Source: Candidatus Eiseniibacteriota bacterium (lineage in GTDB: Bacteria > Eisenbacteria > RBG-16-71-46 > CAZAMP01). From it: DNA of 64,000 nucleotides. The stretch covers positions 6,080,001 through 6,144,000 of the forward strand of contig OZ245046.1 in the NCBI GenBank assembly GCA_965224245.1. Reading direction: 5' to 3'. Shown in pieces: positions 61,315 through 64,000 of this stretch. Position numbers and translations under genes: made by a program. Within the stretch, counting starts at the first letter, position 1. Each line of letters starts with the position of its first letter. The notes below the pieces were generated by a model. It ran no database searches. It saw only the letters and a list, made by a program, of their open reading frames with translations, and had not been told where the DNA came from.

Positions 61315-61884
61315 CTACGCGCGCTCGCTCAGGCGCCGATGGAGCCACGCACGCCCGTACGTCCAGAGGCGCCGCACCGTTCTCGGCGAGACGCCGATGC
61401 ATTCGGCGACCTCGTCGATCGGTAGCCCGGAGAAGAACCGCAGCTCCACGACCCGCGCCGAGTCGGGGGCGACGGCGGCCAGCTTGCCGAGCGCATCGTC
61501 CAGTGCGACGTAGTCGATCCGGAGGGCGTTGGCTCCGAGGGTCGCCGCCTCGTCGAGCGGCACCGTGGATGTGCCTCGGCCGCGCCGATGACTGCCCCGG
61601 CGTCTGGCGTGATCGACCAGGATGCGCCTCATGGCGATGGCCGCGAGCGCCATGAAGTGTGCGCGGTCGTTGACGCGGGCGCGAGTCTGATCGACGAGGC
61701 GGAGGTACGCCTCGTGCACGAGCTCGGTGGCCTGGAGGGTATGATCCGGCCGCTCCCCGGCCAGATAGGATTGCGCCAACCGGTGCAGCTCGCGATAGAC
61801 GATGGGCAGCACGTCGGCGTAGGCGGAGGAATCTCCGTCCGCCGTGGCCTGCAGCAGCTCGGTGAGGTCGCGACGTCGTGCCAA
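61315..61884 (-). CDS. ECF sigma factor (kinase-associated type)
   Basis: VYRELHRLA, HTLQATELVHEAYLRL, AMRRILVDHARR, VELRFFSGL, RAWL; TTG start after GGGGAG. Confidence 0.92.
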   Translation of the reverse strand: MARRRDLTELLQATADGDSSAYADVLPIVYRELHRLAQSYLAGERPDHTLQATELVHEAYLRLVDQTRARVNDRAHFMALAAIAMRRILVDHARRRGSHRRGRGTSTVPLDEAATLGANALRIDYVALDDALGKLAAVAPDSARVVELRFFSGLPIDEVAECIGVSPRTVRRLWTYGRAWLHRRLSERA

Positions 61885-62016
61885 ACTCGACTCCCCCTTC
61901 AGCCGACTCCGAATGCTGCTATATACTAGCAAAGAAGTCACTTCAGGCGATTGCCGGTGATCTCCGCGTCCTCGTGGCGCCGGACGCCGGGCTCGTTCGA
62001 TCGACGCCGGGGGCCG

Positions 62017-64000
62017 ATGACCGACGAGAATCCACTAGACGCCGCGCGGATCCTCTGGGACGCCCTCGAGCGTCCGGCCGAGGAGCGGGATGACTTCCTC
62101 CGCCGGGCGTGTGCGCAGGACCCGGAGCTCCTGGAGGAGGTCCGATCGCTCCTGAAGGCACACGCGGCGGCGGGCGACACGCTGGCCACCGCCGGAGCGG
62201 AGGCCGATCTGGCCGTCGCGATCGGCGCACTGGACGAGCTCCCGGTCGGAATGCGGCTGGGCGCCTACACGATCCGATCACTCATCGCCACGGGCGGAAT
62301 GGGCGCGGTCTATCTGGCGGAACGGAGCGACGCCGAGTACGAGAAGAGGGTCGCGATCAAGCTCCTGCGGTCGGCGCTCGTCGCCGATGTGATGCTGGAC
62401 CGCTTTCGCACCGAACGGCAGGTGCTGGCGAGCCTCGATCATCCCAACATTGCCCACCTGATCGACGGCGGAGCGACGAGCGACGGCATCCCGTACATCG
62501 TCATGGAGTACGTGGATGGATGTCCCATCGACGAGTACTGCCGCGCGACGGATCCGTCGATCCGCGAGCGGCTCGAGCTCTTCCGTTCCGTCTGCGCCGC
62601 CGTCAGCTCCGCACATCGAAACCTGATCGTTCATCGGGATCTGAAGCCATCCAACATCCTCGTCGATCGTTCCGGACAGGTGAAGCTGCTCGACTTCGGG
62701 CTGGCGAAGATCCTCGATCCGAGCGAGGTCGCCGCGCAGTCGGTCACACGGCTCCGGATGTTGACGCCTCGCTACGCCAGCCCGGAGCAGATCCGGGGCC
62801 AGCGGGTGACGGCCGCGACGGACGTGTATTCCCTCGGCATCGTGCTGTACGAGATTCTCACGGAATGCTCGCCGTACGAGCTGTCGGGAGACGAGTCGTG
62901 GAGGCTGGAGCGGGCGATCTGTGAGCAGCTTCCTCCGCGTGCCAGCACGAAGCGATGGTCCGGTCCGGCCTCCGAGTCGAGACCGACGCGACGACGGCGA
63001 AGGCAGCTGCGGGGCGACGTGGACACGATCCTCGCCAAGGCGCTCCGAAAGAACCCGGACGATCGCTACCGATCGGCAGACGAGCTGGCCGAGGACATTC
63101 GACGTCATCTCGACGGGTCCACGGTCACGGCCCGGCCGGACACGTTCCGCTATCGAACGCTCGTCTTCGTGCGAAAGCAGCGGGGCCTCGTCACGAGCGT
63201 CCTGGGTATCGTCATCGCTCTCGCCGTCGGGCTCGTGATCGCCCTGCACCAGTACTCCCGCGCCCAGGAGCGCACGAGGGCCGCGGAGCGACTCGCGTAC
63301 TCCGCGAAGATCGCGGCCGCGGAGAAGGCGATCCTGGCGAACCAGCTGGATTCTGCGGAGAGAGCCCTGGACCAGGCGCCTCCTTCTCTTCGCGGCTGGG
63401 AGTGGGGTCATTTGCACAGCCGCCTCGATGGCAGCCACGCGAGCTGGAAGGGCCACGATCACTGGGTGACCACGCTCGCGGTCTCTCCCGACGGATCGAT
63501 GTTCGCGTCCGGCTCGTACGACGGGAGCATCAAGACCTGGGATCTCCCGGGCGGATCGCACGTCCGGACGTTCACGCGCGACGGGACCCGCACGTGGGAC
63601 CACGGCGTGCTGAGTCTCGCGTTCACACCCGACGGACGCCGTCTCCTGGCCGGGTACATCGATTCGACGAGCGAGGACCCGCAAGACGTCGTTCTCTGGG
63701 ACGTCGGGACCGGCGACGTGATCGGGGGTGTGGAAGACGCGATCTGGAGCGAGGTCGCGATCGACGAGGCCGGAGCGTACGCGGCCGTGGGCGTCTTTCA
63801 TGGTCAGGCGCACGTGTTCTCCCTCTCCGATCTGTCGAGCCCCGTTGCCGTGCTCGAGCCTTCGCTCGTGAAACGAGATGGCGAAGACGACCCGGCGGCA
63901 CCTCTTCATGTTCGACTGCAGGATGTCGCGTTTCAGCCCCATGGGAGCTTGCTGGCGACCGCACGTCAACGGGTCGAGCTCTGGGACACCGGCACGTGGA
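62017..64000 (+). CDS. Ser/Thr protein kinase with TM helix and WD40 repeats (runs off window)
   Basis: Manual translation: GGMGAVY, VAIKLL, HRDLKPSNIL, DFGLAK, TPRYASPEQ, DVYSLG, GWEW, GH.HWV..LAVSPDG. Confidence 0.92.
   Translation, partial: MTDENPLDAARILWDALERPAEERDDFLRRACAQDPELLEEVRSLLKAHAAAGDTLATAGAEADLAVAIGALDELPVGMRLGAYTIRSLIATGGMGAVYLAERSDAEYEKRVAIKLLRSALVADVMLDRFRTERQVLASLDHPNIAHLIDGGATSDGIPYIVMEYVDGCPIDEYCRATDPSIRERLELFRSVCAAVSSAHRNLIVHRDLKPSNILVDRSGQVKLLDFGLAKILDPSEVAAQSVTRLRMLTPRYASPEQIRGQRVTAATDVYSLGIVLYEILTECSPYELSGDESWRLERAICEQLPPRASTKRWSGPASESRPTRRRRRQLRGDVDTILAKALRKNPDDRYRSADELAEDIRRHLDGSTVTARPDTFRYRTLVFVRKQRGLVTSVLGIVIALAVGLVIALHQYSRAQERTRAAERLAYSAKIAAAEKAILANQLDSAERALDQAPPSLRGWEWGHLHSRLDGSHASWKGHDHWVTTLAVSPDGSMFASGSYDGSIKTWDLPGGSHVRTFTRDGTRTWDHGVLSLAFTPDGRRLLAGYIDSTSEDPQDVVLWDVGTGDVIGGVEDAIWSEVAIDEAGAYAAVGVFHGQAHVFSLSDLSSPVAVLEPSLVKRDGEDDPAAPLHVRLQDVAFQPHGSLLATARQRVELWDTGTW

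Noticed and set aside
62278-63969. 563-aa minus-strand ORF
   Set aside because: Antisense shadow of the plus-strand Ser/Thr kinase, which the ORF track missed because it runs off the window

Overview
High-GC bacterial window. It is rich in secreted proteins ending in an FlgD-Ig/T9SS-like C-terminal domain, which suggests an uncultured FCB-type lineage such as Eisenbacteria, Latescibacterota or Krumholzibacteriota (inference only). Positions 1-16 kb are host genes: a PP2C phosphatase, a decayed IS3 splitting a 46-bp repeat array, an ABC exporter with adaptor, and secreted enzymes, ending at tRNA-Asn(GTT). A ~31-kb element is integrated at this tRNA, bounded by a 40-bp direct repeat (16138-16177 / 47071-47110). 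It encodes a DUF2924-large serine recombinase-HTH module, a minimal tyrosine recombinase, a phage-type replication module with a 103-bp palindrome, a DNA adenine methylase, ParB, and small and large (GpA-type) terminase. No portal, capsid or tail genes are recognisable. Its cargo is mostly secreted proteins, two nucleases and a solitary type I-E-like CRISPR repeat with no cas genes in the window. A second, diverged element of the same family follows in tandem: a homologous left end hit by an intact IS66, a TerL remnant, the same post-terminase non-coding block, and a 2304-aa five-module FG-GAP/ASPIC protein. The window ends with a YWTD/FG-GAP protein and a divergent ECF sigma / Ser-Thr kinase pair. 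All calls come from reading motifs by eye; no database searches were run.
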